Assembly: GCA_002633005.1 (NCBI GenBank)
Contig: NMRA01000037.1
Coordinates: 791,311-855,310, forward strand
Reading direction: 5' to 3'
Length of the DNA stretch: 64,000 nucleotides
Source of the DNA: Phoronis australis
Taxonomy: Eukaryota > Animalia > Phoronida
Positions within the stretch are counted from its first letter, which is position 1, and each line of letters starts with the position of its first letter. The translations under genes and the position numbers were made by a program. Below are positions 39,101 to 54,100 of this stretch, in pieces. The notes beneath the pieces were generated by a model, which saw nothing but the letters and a program-made list of their open reading frames with translations, was not told the origin of the DNA and searched no databases.

Positions 39101-42100
39101 AAAAAAAAACAACGGCATATACATCATAACATGCTTTGAACCTTACAGTCTCAATAGAATAACGGGAGGTACATTTTAACTACTAAAGACAACTTTGGCG
39201 ACTTGCCAAAGTCAAGAAATAGATCCTCTATCAGTAATTAATAAAATATCATTACTTACACTGAATTGTTATAGTAGCAGACACGGTAGCCGTGGAAACC
39301 ACATTGGTTGCTATGCAAGTGTAGCGTCCGTGGTGAGTTGCTACGGTGTCACTGATCACAAGAGTGCCATTGGACCGTACATAAATTCCAGCCACGACAC
39401 CGCTGGGTACTGTCAACACAGCTGTAGGAAAGAATAACACCTACGATTCACACTCAGTTGACTCAAACAATCTGACAGCGAGAGAGACACGACAGCAATA
39501 TGAGCCCTCATGTGCATATGTGGAGGCATAAAAACAAGCTTCTCATATAATTCCCGTCATGAAATCTCTTCATATGAATATCACTTTTACTTATTAGAAT
39601 CAACAGGCTGTAGAAGAAGGAATTATGTTTTTTAGAACACATACCACTACGAAAATCATTTCACATTGAACATTTTAATTAATTTCATAGACAGGTCTAA
39701 TATGAGCACAATAAAACCTGAATCTATCAATTCTAAAAACTGTCCATACCTATAACCTTTAGAAGCACATCATTGCAAGAGCTTTCAATGGCAGACTAGC
39801 ATCTTTATGTGGTTGGTAACCTAGCCACCAGGTGTCACCAACACCTCATTCATGACTAACTGACTTCCCAGCTATCATAGTTATTTTCATAAAAAAGTTC
39901 CCTATATTTAAAGATATGTCAAAATATACCCCTTTATTTCGCATGTCACAGTTTCGTGTGAAATACATAAAATCCATCATAGGTGACATACTTGAATCGG
40001 GTAATTTCCATGTCATTACAGGTCTCGGTGTACCATCTGCCTGACAGTGTATCTCTACCACACTGTTCTCAGTGGTGGTGATATCACGTGGGGTGACTAT
40101 GAACGAGGGACCAACTGGAACAGACAAAGCTTAACTTAAGTGCTGGGCTAAATCATTGTCAGCTATCAACATCCTTTGACCAACAAGATGCACGGATTTT
40201 GATCAGTCTGCAACAACATCTCTGGAACGATAAGTACTGGATACTTAACATGTATAAAATTATTTAGCATGTATATTTAACATGGATACTTGACAATGAT
40301 CAAACATTATTTACTAAATGACAAACTTTCCTAGTCCGGTATATACAATCAGTACATCTTTCAATATATCACCCAAAATAGTGATTTTTTAAAATTCAAG
40401 GTTTGAAACAAAACGGATTTCAAAGAACATCCAATCATTTGTCAAAATGTCAAAAATACGCAGCCAAAATAATTTTTTTGGAAAATCGATAATTACAAAG
40501 CTGCATGCTTCCATGGTCATTGCAGCGTTTGCCTTGTCAAAACCCGCGTTTTCAACATTAAATACTACATTTGGTACACTTGTCTTATGAACAATTATTT
40601 CAAGTTAAAACATTTGTTATTTAACTCCTCTTCAAATAACATGGAGTATGCATTACCTCAATGAGATAAAAAGTGAAAATTATCTAGTTATTTCAAGTTT
40701 TCCATTTGTGGAAATTGACCGTCGGGTATTTTAACACCCACATGATTACTCAGAATCTTCAAAAATTTTAAAGAAGTAGAGTTTCCACACACTTACCTTG
40801 TACAGTTAGTTTAACCCTGTGTGTGACTGATCCCACTATATTTGAGGCCCTACATGTGTAGGTCCCGGCATCAGAAACTTGCACATTAGTAAGTTTTATA
40901 GCACCAGGGAATGGATATTCTGTCCTCGTAGGAGGGAGGTCTCCATTTTCCTGCAACACAGTATTTATACACTCAGTTATATGAACTAAATGTACCATAT
41001 AAACCTGCAGAAAGTCCGTCATATTTAAGAGCACAAAATTGTCAATGAATAGACGTAAGTGAAAGCTAACTCCAATGGCAGTCAAGAGAAACTAACTTCC
41101 GCAAACTATCAAAAAACTTTGAGAACGAAATAATTGCAGAAATAACTCAACCAGCACCATTTGGTCTCTCCGTGTGAACTTTTCATTTCCTGGACTATCC
41201 TTGATTCATGTGTCAGGATACACTCTATCTTTAGTGAGTACTTCACTTTGAGAACAGCATTCTTCAATATTATGGAAGAGCGTTCCATCAGGCTAGTAAA
41301 TGTGAAAGTCAAGACTTTACTAGCGTTTCGTGATTAATCTCACGACCTTGTTTTAATAGTTAACACTAACAAAATGGCTGCCTACAGAAAATATTTGACA
41401 AAGGAACATGCAGCTACTGGAGAGAACAGTGCGTACGTCGGGATTTCTCAGCGCAGGTATCTCACGATCAACCAAATGTTTTAGAAAGCACCGCTGGAAG
41501 GCAATATCACATCAGCGTTCAGTGAATCATTCATGACGACTTCCGTCTACAATTCATCTTCATGAACAAAATCTAGCTACAGCTGTGTGCCACAAGAGCT
41601 GTAGTTACTCTACCTTCCACCAGGAGATGAGAGGAGCAGGTTCACCCATGGCTGAACACTGGAACATGACGGCGCCGGTCTCAAACACCGTGGTGTCGAC
41701 AGCGGTAGTGGTGAACTGAGGCCCTGAAACTGGACCTGAGAGGACGGGAAGAAGGGAGATGTCATGAAGACAACTGCGGACGAAATATAATGCTTGAAGA
41801 CAACGATAAAATCAAATTTCCTTAGATAATACAAATTAAAAGTCATTCTTATGAAATTGCAAATAGCTCAGAGAGAGGCTGACAAAACTGAAATACGAGT
41901 CTTCATGAAGTAAAGACATCCATAACATGCAGTTAAAAATTTCATCGTTGCCTCCTGTGATAACGGTAAAAAAGAGAAAAGCTATTTACTAGGAGACAAT
42001 TTTAATTAGCTAGTTGAGCATAATGTTGTTTCAAGCCTGCATCTCAGGCCTTCACGTGATCAAGGGCCTGAGCTGCAGGCTTGAAACAACATTATGCTCA

Positions 42101-45100
42101 ACAAACTAATTAAAATTGTCTCCCAGTAAGTAACTTTTCTTGTTTCTACCATCCATTATATGAGCTTTTCAAGTTTTACACTCAATTAGTTCAGTCTGCC
42201 CACTAAAAACTGCTACTATTCTGCTTCAAAAGATACAGTTTTTTGTTTTAGTTTATTTGTCACTTCTTTTTTAGAACCTTGCTAGATTGCAGTCTGTGAT
42301 ATTTGGGTAGAAAACTTAGTTTCGCACATGGAAGACACCTACCCAGAGTCAAGAAGTGTCAAGATAGAGTGAACATTAAGAAATTAGTTGAATTATTCTT
42401 GATGTCTCAATTAGGCGATTACTTACCAGTAACTGTTAATAATACTGTTTTGGACGTCTGACCCCACGAGTTGTTGACAGCACAAGTGTAGTAGCCCTGG
42501 TCACCAGAGGTCACTAGTGCTATGTGAAGGGAGCCATTAGAATGCACTGTATACCGGCCACCAGACTGAAACCCGGAATTTTATCATGGATGAAACAAAA
42601 AACCAACACACTCACCACGATAAAAGGGACCAAGAACAAACATGACTTAACTCTAAAAACTATTCAGAGATTCAACACAACAAGGATAATGAAAGATGGA
42701 GAAACAACAGCATTCGTGTCAGTTTGAGTCAATCATAAGTTTGCCCTCAGGTAAAGTTTCAATATATCTCTTCAACAGTAAATAACTTGCACGTCGTAGT
42801 ACTTTAAGGAACCAAACCACAATGCTTTGGTGCAATAGTGCCATAGGTTTTGACCTCTAGTCACGGTGTCTACTAAATACGACCTTTGGATAATGAGGTC
42901 TGGTGAAGGTATTTATTCATCCACCAAATCATTCCTCAACACGGTAACAAGCACACAAACCAAGCCATGACCAATGCACGTGCGCTGAACTCACCTGTAT
43001 TTCCTTGCCATTATTGCTATCCCTACTGTCCATCCATTTGGTGGTAGGGGTGGGCCAGGCTATGCCCTGGCAGTCAAACCTGGCTGTCATCCCCTCAGGT
43101 ACAGACTGGGGTGAGGGGGCAATGACAAAACTGGGCTTACCTGGAATGGTTAAGAGTGTCAGCAATGTGTGGGATTAAAGAAGCTTTTTGTAGATAAATG
43201 AATCATTGTTTCCCAATTACGGTTCTAAACACTGTCTAACACGGTTATTAAAAAGTGTTCATTTTAATCAAGCGAGACTGCGAAAACAGAAAAGCTAACA
43301 TCGGACAGGATCAGAAATAGTTGACAATGTACTGATGTCCAACCTGGACACTAAACATTAAATTTTTGAAACAGTCCCTAATAAGGAATCAACTAAGGTA
43401 CCTAAATCTTTTGCATATTTGTGTCGTTCATTACTCACAGATGCCATGTACTAAATCCATCATACCTTCCAGCAGCCCCACCACACACCATATTACACCA
43501 TATAACCACATTGCTTACATAACGCAATAGTAAAATCATGTACTAAATCCGTCATACCTTCCAGCAGCAACACCCCGGTGTTGCTGTAACGTTCAACACC
43601 AGACAGGGGATTGACCGCTTTGCACACATACTCGCCCATGCTATGGAAGTCAACATTCTCAATGGTGTATTGAGAAACAAAGCTCGTCACCGCTGCGACG
43701 GCTCCTTTGGTGACAGGTTTCAGATCTAACAACCACGTAAAAACAGCAGGTGGTACGCTGACTATTTCACACTGCATCACAACCGTGTCTCCCACGTTCT
43801 TAGTCTGCCGTCCGGGACTGGTCGTAAAACTGTCGGCAATATCTGAAACAGAACATAGGATCTAATCTCAAAAGTTTTGCTTCATTAAAACCTATCTAGA
43901 ACGGTAACACCTGTTAGTTTGGTTCCTACAGTATGTTAAGAACATCGCACTCAGACAACTAGTGCCAAATGTAACAAACTGTGAGGAGTATTTGCTTGGT
44001 ATGTCACCGCGAGTCACCGCGAGTCACCTTTAATTCAAACAGTTGCGAGTAACACCAACATACAGTGGTGTTCTATTCAGACCCTTATTCAATACAACTG
44101 TTTTCGTACACTTGTTGTTTGTGTTGGGATCTTGCGGAGACGCAATATGGCATGAAACAGGGCTTGGAATGACCAATGATATAAAAACAGGAAACTTTTC
44201 CACTTACAAGCCAAAGTGAGTATTGCCTGCTGACTATAGACAGTGTCTTGGCCATCAGAAACCACACACTGATACTGTCCTTTCGACTGGTCAGTCACTT
44301 CGGCCATGTACAGGGTTCCATTAGCAAGAATTCGCAGGCTGCTGTCGACGGTGATGTAAGCATCATTGTGGCGCCATCTGCAGTGCAAAGAAGTCAACAT
44401 CATTTATACAACTCTCTGTTTTCAAATCTTGCATACAAAAAAGTGTCCTGGATTTTTTTCCGATTCGGCTTTCTATAGATATTAGTCAGTTGAACTAGAA
44501 ACCAGAGCTGGTTCCTTGGTTGTGCCTTCAACCACTCATTGAAATAGTTATACATTGACAGATAGAATTTTTAATATTACATGTTTCTGTAGACTATCAT
44601 CAAAGCAACCATCAGGGTTTATCAACACAATCACAGGTTCTTCACCAGTGATGATGCTAGTAAAGGAAAACATGTCATGGTTTTGAAAGCTTGGAATTTT
44701 TGAAAAACTTAACTCATCGAGCTTGAATAATCCTTACTAAGTAATATTTTTCATGCACATAAGTCGGTAATGTTATTCAAGCTTTGACAATATTATAACT
44801 TTTTGAGCCTACCTTATATAAGATTCCACACAAGGCACAAATAACCGCAATATCACTTTAGAAGACATTTTACTTTAATGCTCTTGAGTGTACTGCACAA
44901 GCTATACGGTCACGCAGTAAAAAAAACGAGTCTTGTCCAGTGATAAAATTCGCTCAAGATGGTTAACTTGAACATCATGTTACTGACCAGCAATCTTTCT
45001 CAAACTTGCACAGCACATCAATTGTTACTAGGAAGTGTGGCTTTTCAAGCTTGTGACTCAATGTTGAAAACGGTGAATGGCACAACAAGTTTTCTCAATG

Positions 45101-48100
45101 ATTTTTTTAAAAGCCTGACTTTCCTCACTAATTTTCAGTGTCTATTTTAACCTAATAGAACAATGGTCAGTAAGGGAGCATGGAAATTTAAAACTAAGAG
45201 AAAAATATTAAATAAGTTAACGTGTCATTAAGCTTAACTTTCAGCTTGGTTAAATTTAGCTATTGTAATTGATCTAGAGCATATCTATGTTTCATTTCCA
45301 CTAAAGATTAAGTGCCTTAGTTTAAATTAGTAGCAAGACCTGCATGATGTAATTGTTTGAGAGAGTGTTAGATTAGAATGAACGGCAACTTTAAGTCAAG
45401 CGTCAATTTTTCTGATGTCGCGTTGTCACTTTATCTGAGAGCATCTCTTCAGTATAATCACGCCTAATATTGGGAGAAATAAAATAGTTCATCATTCTGT
45501 AATTTAGTCAATTCAAATATCTGACTACACCCTGAAGTGGTTATAGCAACTTAATACTAAAATCCCATAAACAAACTGGCTACAACACTAGCGTATCCAT
45601 TTTCGCTAGCACTTTTGCCAGTAGCAAAATGCAAGTAATATGAACAGTAGCGTCACTTAAACAGTGGCGTGCTTATAGCTGGCAGTGTTGAGTTACCACC
45701 AAAACTGTTGAAGTTTTCGTAGTAGTTTTCGCGAGCACTTTCGTTAGGAAACCAGCTCAATTCAAAGGACACATGCGCAGGGGAAAGAGGAACTTGTTTA
45801 TCTTTGCATTAATCAATTTTTGGCAGAGAGTGAGAGTGTAATGACATCACGTTTCCCTGTAAAAGTGACTTGGGTGATGAGGAAAATGAACCCACAGGCG
45901 GTTGGTCTGAAAAAACTGCAAGTATTTTGCCACTCCTGTTAATCTAGAACAAGAGTAAGAGGATTGATAACCATGGAAATGTACAAATGACTCAACACTG
46001 ATGTTGTAGTAATGACTCATCAACTGATGAGAGGCTGTTTTCAATAGATATCCACTAGCAGTAAAAATTCTTCAGTTTATGATATAAGTTGGCGCCAAGT
46101 GGCATTTCACTTTCTCCATTTGCCTGACAAAATAATCAGTGGTTAATACTAAAGAGAAGTTAACAGACAAAAATTAAATGAAATTTTGAGTATTTGCAGG
46201 AATGAAGTAAGCCACTGAAAAGTTGAAAATGACAATTTTTTACTTATTATTTTCTCAAATTAAAATATTTACAATTTACAAGCGTGGAATCTTTTTGGCA
46301 GGTATCACTTGACTGGCTACTGATTACCTCAAACTTAGGTCCTAATGTAACAAGAGCAACGCGGAGCGTTGAAATGTGCCCACAATTGCACCGCATACGG
46401 TATCCTTCTAGGGTTGTTTATTGGTACCATAAAGTGGCCAGTAGAGGGTATACTTTGCAAAATGGAAAGGCATGGTCATTGTCTCCTCAATAGGCTAGGG
46501 GAAAAAATGTGAGTAATCTTCATAATACAAGCACATCCTATACACCAGTTGCTTAAAGCACCACAGAAACATAGAATTAAAAACAAATTTACCAACATAC
46601 GAGATTAGCACAGCATTAGAATGCCAGAAACAAATTTCTACTTGGAACTTTTCCTTCACAGTCACGAAGTAACACAAAGTATACACCTGAAGACCTATGA
46701 AAATNAACCACTCATTGAAATAGTTATACATTGACAGATAGAATTTTTAATATTACATGTTTCTGTAGACTATCATCAAAGCAACCATCAGGGTTTATCA
46801 ACAAAATCACAGGTTCTTCACCAGTGATGATGCTAGTAAAGGAAAACATGTCATGATTTTGAAAGCTTGGAATTTTTGAAAAACAACTCATCGAGCTTGA
46901 ATAATCCTTACTAAGTAATATTTTTCATGCACAAAAGTCGGTAATGTTATTCAAGCTTGGACAATATTATTAACTTTTTGAGCCTACCTTATTTAAGGTT
47001 CAACACAAGACACAAATAACCGCAATATCAATTTGGAAGACATTTTACTTTAATGCTCTTGAGTGTACTGCACAAACTATACGGTCACGCAGTAAAAAAA
47101 CGAGTCTTGTCCAGTGATAAAATTCGCTCAAGATGGTCAAGTTGAACATCATGTTACTGACCAGCAATCTTTCTCAAACTTGCACAGCACATCAATCGTT
47201 ACTAGGAAGTGTGGCTTTTCAAGCTTGTGACTCAATGTTGAAAACGGTGAATGGCACAAGATTTTTCAAGACTTTTTTTAAAAGCCTGACTTTCCTCACT
47301 AATTTTCAGTTTCTATTTTAACCTAATAGAACAATGGTCAGTAAGGGAACATGGAAATTCAAAACTTGGAGAAAAATATTAAATATTAGTTAACGTGTCA
47401 TTAAGCTTAATTTTAAGCTTGGTTAAATTTAGCTATTGTAATTGATCTAGAACATATCTATGTTTCATTTCCACTATAGATTAAGTGCCCTTAGTTTAAA
47501 TTAGTAGCAAGACCTGCATGATGTAATTGTGTTCAAGTGTGCAAATCCATTCTGGAGAGTGTTAGATTAGAATGAACGGCAACTTTAAATCAAGCGTCAA
47601 TTTTTCTGATGTTGCGTTGTCACCTTATCTGAGAGCATCTCTTCAGTATAATCACGCCTAATATTGGGAGAAATAAATTAGTTCATCACTATGTAATTTA
47701 GTCAATTCAAATATCTGACTACACCCTGAAGTGGTTATAGCAACTCAATACTAAAATCCCACAAACAAACTGGCTACAACACTAGCGTTTTCATTTTCAC
47801 TAGCACTTTCGCCAGCAGCAAAATGCAAGCAATATGAACAGTAGCAAGTATCACTTAAACAGTGGTGTGCTTATAGCTGACAGTGTTGAGTTATCATCAA
47901 AACTGTTAGAGTTTTCATAGTAGTTTTCTGGAGCCCTTTCGTTTGGAAACCAGCTCAATTCAAAGGACACATGCACAGGGGAAAGAGGAACTTGTTTATC
48001 TTTGCATTAATCAATTTTTGGCAGAGAGTGAGAGTGTAATGACATCACGTTTCCCTGTAAAAGTGACTTGGGTGATGAGGAAAATGAATCCACAGGCGGT

Positions 48101-51100
48101 TGGTCTGAAAAAACTGCAAGTATTTTGCCACTCCTGTTAATCTAGAACAAGAGTAAGAGGATTGATAACCATGGCAATGTACAAATGACTCAACACTGGT
48201 GTTATAGTAATGACTCATCAACTGATGAGTGGCTGTTTTCAATAGATATCCACTAGCAGTAAAAATTGTTCAGTTTATGAAATAAGTTGGCGCCAAGTGG
48301 CATTTCACTTTCTCCATTTGCCTGACAAAATAATCAGTGGTTAATACTAAAGAGAAGTTAACAGACAAAAATTCTGTAAATGAAATTTTGAGTATTTGCA
48401 TGAATGAAGTAAGTTACTGAAAAGTTGAAAATGACCATTTTTTACTTATTATTTTCTCAAATTAAAATATTTACAATTTACAAGCTTGGCATCTTTTTGG
48501 CATGTTTCACTTGACTGGCTACTGATTAACTCAAACTTAGATCCTAATGTAAAAAGGCGACAGCCTATCGCATTTATCCTTTGGCACGGCATGATGCAAA
48601 AATAGATGTTATACTGAATTAGAAGAGCAGTCACTCAGGTCACCTTTCATACCATCGTCAACACACCACAGATTTTTGTCCACGATGCCGTGCGGAAAGA
48701 TAACCTCAGTCCTTAATTGATGTTACCTAAGCAATAAACAGATTTAAAATCAGAGCATTGTTGCCTTGATGTGGTGTGAAAGGTAACTTCCTGTTACCAT
48801 CAATAATCCCATGTATTGCTTTCTTGACACTTGATATTACTCAACACATAATAGACCATACCCAGTAGCCAGATCACCTACCAGGGATGATTGAAATTCC
48901 TGAGCAAAACACAAGTCCTTGTTGCTTAGACAACAGGCTGCAACATGGGACTTCACACAGTGTCACACACACTATAGCTGATGACCATAAGATAAGAGCT
49001 GTATAAATCAAAGGGGCCTTTCATACTAACGTCGACGCATCGATGGTTTGGGGAGTTGCGGTCAGTATGAACGCTTAACTCCGGTCCTGGATCGCAGTTA
49101 AGAGCTCCAGTTAACATCGCAGTTAATAGGTGGATTTAAGACCGCAGTGTCGACGCTGCGGTGCAGTATGAACGCTTAACTCCGGTCCAATCGAAGTTAT
49201 CGCCAGGTGCCACTGTTATCATCAACAGTTACAGAGTAGTGCCGTCACTAATAACTACTTATTTTTGGGTTTAATGATAACCAATCGATTTAAAAATGAG
49301 TTTTATGTCATTTAGCACATTTAAATGTTCCAAATTGTCACATTGAAAAAAATCTTAGCGTGCAGCGCTACCTTGCGATAACTTCGATGACGTCAGGGTC
49401 ACCAACCCTTTACTTCGATGGTCATTAACTACCGAAGCCAGTATGAACGGTCCAGTTAACTGCGCTGTTTACGTCGACGCTCCGCTCAGACCGGAGTTAA
49501 GTCAATATGAAAGGGCCTAAAGACTTATTCCCAGCACTTAACATGCTCTAAAGGTCACCATATAACAAACTAAGATCTAACACACCATGTTTACAATTAA
49601 TGAACAGGGAAGAAATGCAATAATCTTTATGCATGTGCAATCTCAGGAGGCTTTTAATGTCAAAGACATTTCAACTGTTTTTAATTTGCTGCCAGGTTCT
49701 ACATGTAACAAACATTCACGGCTTAAGTCTTTATGGAAGTGAGAGTAGGGTAATTTTAAATTTGACATTTTCCCATTTCAAATTGCACTTACTTTACTGG
49801 AAATAATAAAGATTTGCCAAAAGTTGTTTTTTGACATTTACATGGTACAAATAATGCTAGTAATAGTCTGAAATTTCCTTAAATCTTCATTTTGTAGGGA
49901 AGTTTGACGACTGCGTGAAAATAAGAATTTCATGTGGTGGTACTCAGTGCTTGGAGAATCGACATACATGAAAGTTAACAAGTAGCGATACATTGTACCT
50001 CCTTACCACATGTGAACTGTAGGTGGCGCTGAACAATTAAGCAACGAAAATCTAATCGCCACATGAAAACAAAACATATTTTCAAGGCTTTATGAGACAC
50101 ATACATGGAAAGAAACAATTTGATCAAAAGTATGTGTCCCCGTCTTAATGATCCATCACTCATTTATTGCTGTGTACCGGTAATACTGATCAAGGTGCTT
50201 GATGAACAAAAATGTGGAGTGACCGTAAGAAAATATGTGCCTCCCAGTATACAGGTGGCCAAATATTGATTATTTATGTTATCATTTGACAACTGACAGA
50301 CATCTGCGGCCTGAGGCCAGTAAGATCAGTGGATAGGTTCCAAAACATTCATGATCATACTAGACGAATAACTAAAAACTAAAATCAAAATCATAAAAAT
50401 TTGGAGCTGATCACCAAAACACATCAACGTGCGGCGATATTCATTTTTACCTTTAACACCACCTACAAGAGGCTTGTTATGCAGTGTATCAAGATAACAA
50501 TGCAGTTCTTACTGTAGGCCATGTAACACGCCATGTAACACGAGAACAGGAAATTAATCTCTTTAATTGTAAAATGACAGACGTGATGACTGTCAGTCAA
50601 CTGTGATGCAAAGTAATGTGTACATGCCAGTTACATGTCTTACGTTAGTAGAGGGGTTAACTCCTTAACTGTCCATGTCTCCTTATGATGACTTAACCCT
50701 TGATCTACCTGAATCCTAATGTTACCTTTTGGTGACTTAGGTACCTGGCTGTCACTGGTTTGTCTACTTACAGCTGTACAAACAGGGGCGCTAATAGCAG
50801 CTCATGACATCATTGGAGCACTTTCTGATAGTCTTTTATTTGACAGAAAAAATTGCTGAGAAGTACTTTTTCCCTCAAAATTTAAAGAGATTTGTCTCCA
50901 GGGACTACTGGGATCAAATTCATGGCAGACAGATATTCTGTCCTCAATGTTACATTAAACGTTGTTCATTATATGGACTCAGAAGCAGAGTTTCAATTTT
51001 ACGATGATGTACATAAGCAATAGGAACCATATAGAATTTTCAATTTCAGTTATCATAAAACGATTTTATAACCTTTTTGGTTTATGCACCCAAATTTTCC

Positions 51101-54100
51101 ATCTTCCTCAACATTTAATTTGCACAAGGATGTGCGTCTCATGCTAGAAAGTTGGCTGTGAAATAGTTAAACTGATATGATAGAGTTTTGCATGTTGTAC
51201 ATCAGAGCATTAGTGTCCTGTCGTTGTAAATGTCAGGAAGCGGAATAAAACTCAACAAGACCAGTGGCGTTACCATGTCAACGAATGGCTGACCTGTAGC
51301 TGAGAATCCCTTCACCCGTCGCGGAGCAGTGCCACCACAATGGTTTTCCAACAGCTCCAACCTGATTGGACGGCTGGAGCGTGATCTCAAGTCCTGAAAT
51401 GAACAGTTCCTAATGAATAATGGAACAACTTGATGCACATGNCCAAAACATTCATGATCACACTAGACGAATAACTAAAAACTAAAATCAAAATCATAAA
51501 AATTTGGAGCTGATCACCAAAACACATCAACGTGCGGCGATATTCATTTTTACCTTTAATACCACCTACAAGAGGCTTGTTATGCAGTGTATCAAGATAA
51601 CAATGCAGTTCCTACTGTACGCCATGTAACACGCCATGTAACACGAGAACAGGAAATTAATCTCTTTCATTGTAAAATGACAGACGTGATGACTGTCAGT
51701 CAACTGTGATGCAAAGTAATGTGTACATGCCAGTTACATGTCTTAGGTTAGTAGAGGGGTTAACTCCTTAACTGTCCATGTCTCCTTATGATGACTTAAC
51801 CCATGATCTACCTGAATCCTAATGTTACCTTTTGGTGACTTAGGTACCTGGCTGTCACTGGTTTGTCTACTTACAGTTGTACAAACAGGGGCGCTATTGC
51901 AGCTCATGACATCATTGGAGCACTTTCTGATAGTCTTTTATTTGACAGAAAAAATTGCTGAGAAGTATTTTTTCCCTCAAAATTTAAAGAGATTTGTCTG
52001 GACTACTGGGATCAAATTCATGGCAGACAGATATTCTGTCCTCAATGTTACATTAAACGTTGTTCATTATATGGACTCAGAAGCAGAGTTTCAATTTTAC
52101 GATGATGTACATAAGCAATAGGAACCATATAGAATTTTCAATTTCAGTTATCATAAAACGATTTTATAACCTTTTTGGTTTATGCACCCAAATTTTCCAT
52201 CTTCCTCAACATTTAATTTGCACAAGGATGTGCGTCTCATGCTAGAAAGTTGGCAGTGAAATAGTTAAACTGATATGATAGAGTTTTGCATGTTGTACAT
52301 CAGAGCATTAGTGTCCTGTCGTTGTAAATGTCAGGAAGCGGAATAAAACTCAACAAGACCAGTGGCGTTACCATGTCAAAGAATGGCTGACCTGTAGCTG
52401 AGAATCCCTTCACCCGTCGCGGAGCAGTGCCACCACAATGGTTTTCCAACAGCTCCAACCTGATTGGACGGCTGGAGCGTGATCTCAAGTCCTGAAATGA
52501 ACAGTTCCTAATGAATAATGGAACAACTTGATGCACATGGAATGCATAATTTAGTGATTAATTATTCTCCACCACTCTGGTGACAAACTTCCACAATTTA
52601 TTATTAATAATCCGTTATACATTTTGTTAACAGTTGTTAATGACTACACAATGGGTTGATGTCAATGGGAAAGAACACCATTGACTGTGCATATTATAAT
52701 TAGCATAAGGATAACTGACCCACATACAACCAGCATGTACAAATGACGTGGCCTCATTTCCATTAAATCACAACAGTTCTCTGAACAAGAAGAGCTTTAC
52801 TACCACAGCTGTAGGTTGGAGTATTTCTCACAAGCACAGAGGTAGGCTGCAGTGGAAATTCTTTAGTTTTGCAAAAAGTAATCTCTAAAATTAGTAATGT
52901 TCCTTCAGAGGCTTTAAGACACTACATTGCTACGGTTGCACAAACTTTTACCTCGTGATTTTAGACATTTCTACTGCACAATTTGGGCCATGAAATCTTA
53001 AGTAAAATTAAGAATTTTCCCATGAAGTGTCTTCAAAACAATCTGAACATTTTACAAATAGTGCTCTGTGGAACCTAACACAACTGTGACAGTTGCTAAC
53101 TGTATGTTATGTGGTTCAGAAGTACAATCAACAGATAGTACACCATTTGAGTGTTTGTGCTTACAAAATACCACAACACTCTGGATATACCTGTCACAGC
53201 ATGTAATTGACAATGACCAGTTTCCAGTCAAACATGTAGCTTTAATTGAATCATAACCAGCCAATTAAGATAAGAAACCAGCAAAAGGTTTCATTGTACC
53301 ACTTGTCTACAATAAGTCAGAAATCAGGTCCAATCAATTGTTGATTTATGGTGATGATGTCAGAGATATCCTCATGCACCCAGTAACACATTCTCAATAA
53401 CACCTTCTCAATAACACCTTCCAAGCAACACACTTAATAAGCCAGTTCAATTTATCTTGAAATATTTTTACATAGCACCAGACCTCAAGATAGCTAGCGA
53501 GAAACATTATTCAACAAGCGCAAATTACCACATAACTTCAACGTGAAATGTGAAAGGGCACATGAAAAATCACAGTTCACTAATGCATTTCAAATGAATT
53601 ATAACGTGCCTACATGTCAAACTGAAAGGGTTGCAAGGTACAAATTCCACATTAACCCAAACAGTTACAAAAGTTTTGATAAGACTTCCAGTAAGTTTAC
53701 TAAAAGCACAAGGATCACTAGTAGTGTGGGTCACTCCAGTCACCATCGTCCTGTGTACTATGGGTTGGGTGCTGAGTCTGTTTGTCGCTGGTTTCTCATG
53801 TTTCCAATCGATATTTGAATGATATTTTCTGACTTATCACATATACAGATGTTTTCTTAAGAAGTAATGTGCGACTACTTTCCATGCCCGGCTTCGAGGT
53901 ACTTCATTGGGATCTTCATTCTCCGAGGACATGTTCTTACTGTACTTCTTTTAGGCATCAAAATAATCATAGATTATCTAGACAACAGATTCGCAACTCT
54001 GACATTTTCTTGCATACTATCCTAGAGGAAACGCCACTCTCCTAAATTACCAATTTCAGTTTCCGGTTAGTGTATTGTGACGTGAAATTCTCACAATCTA

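Larger units (their letters stand above)
50340..52539. repeat. ~1.1-kb tandem duplication around the N at 51442, containing exon 2 (probable uncollapsed haplotypes)
   Basis: 50340-51441 is repeated at 51443-52539 with few differences. Confidence 0.85.

Noticed and set aside
51202-51438. The 78-aa ORF-track proteins at 51202-51438 and 52300-52536
   Set aside because: Wrong frame; the true exon inside reads GLEITLQPSNQ...WHCSATG.
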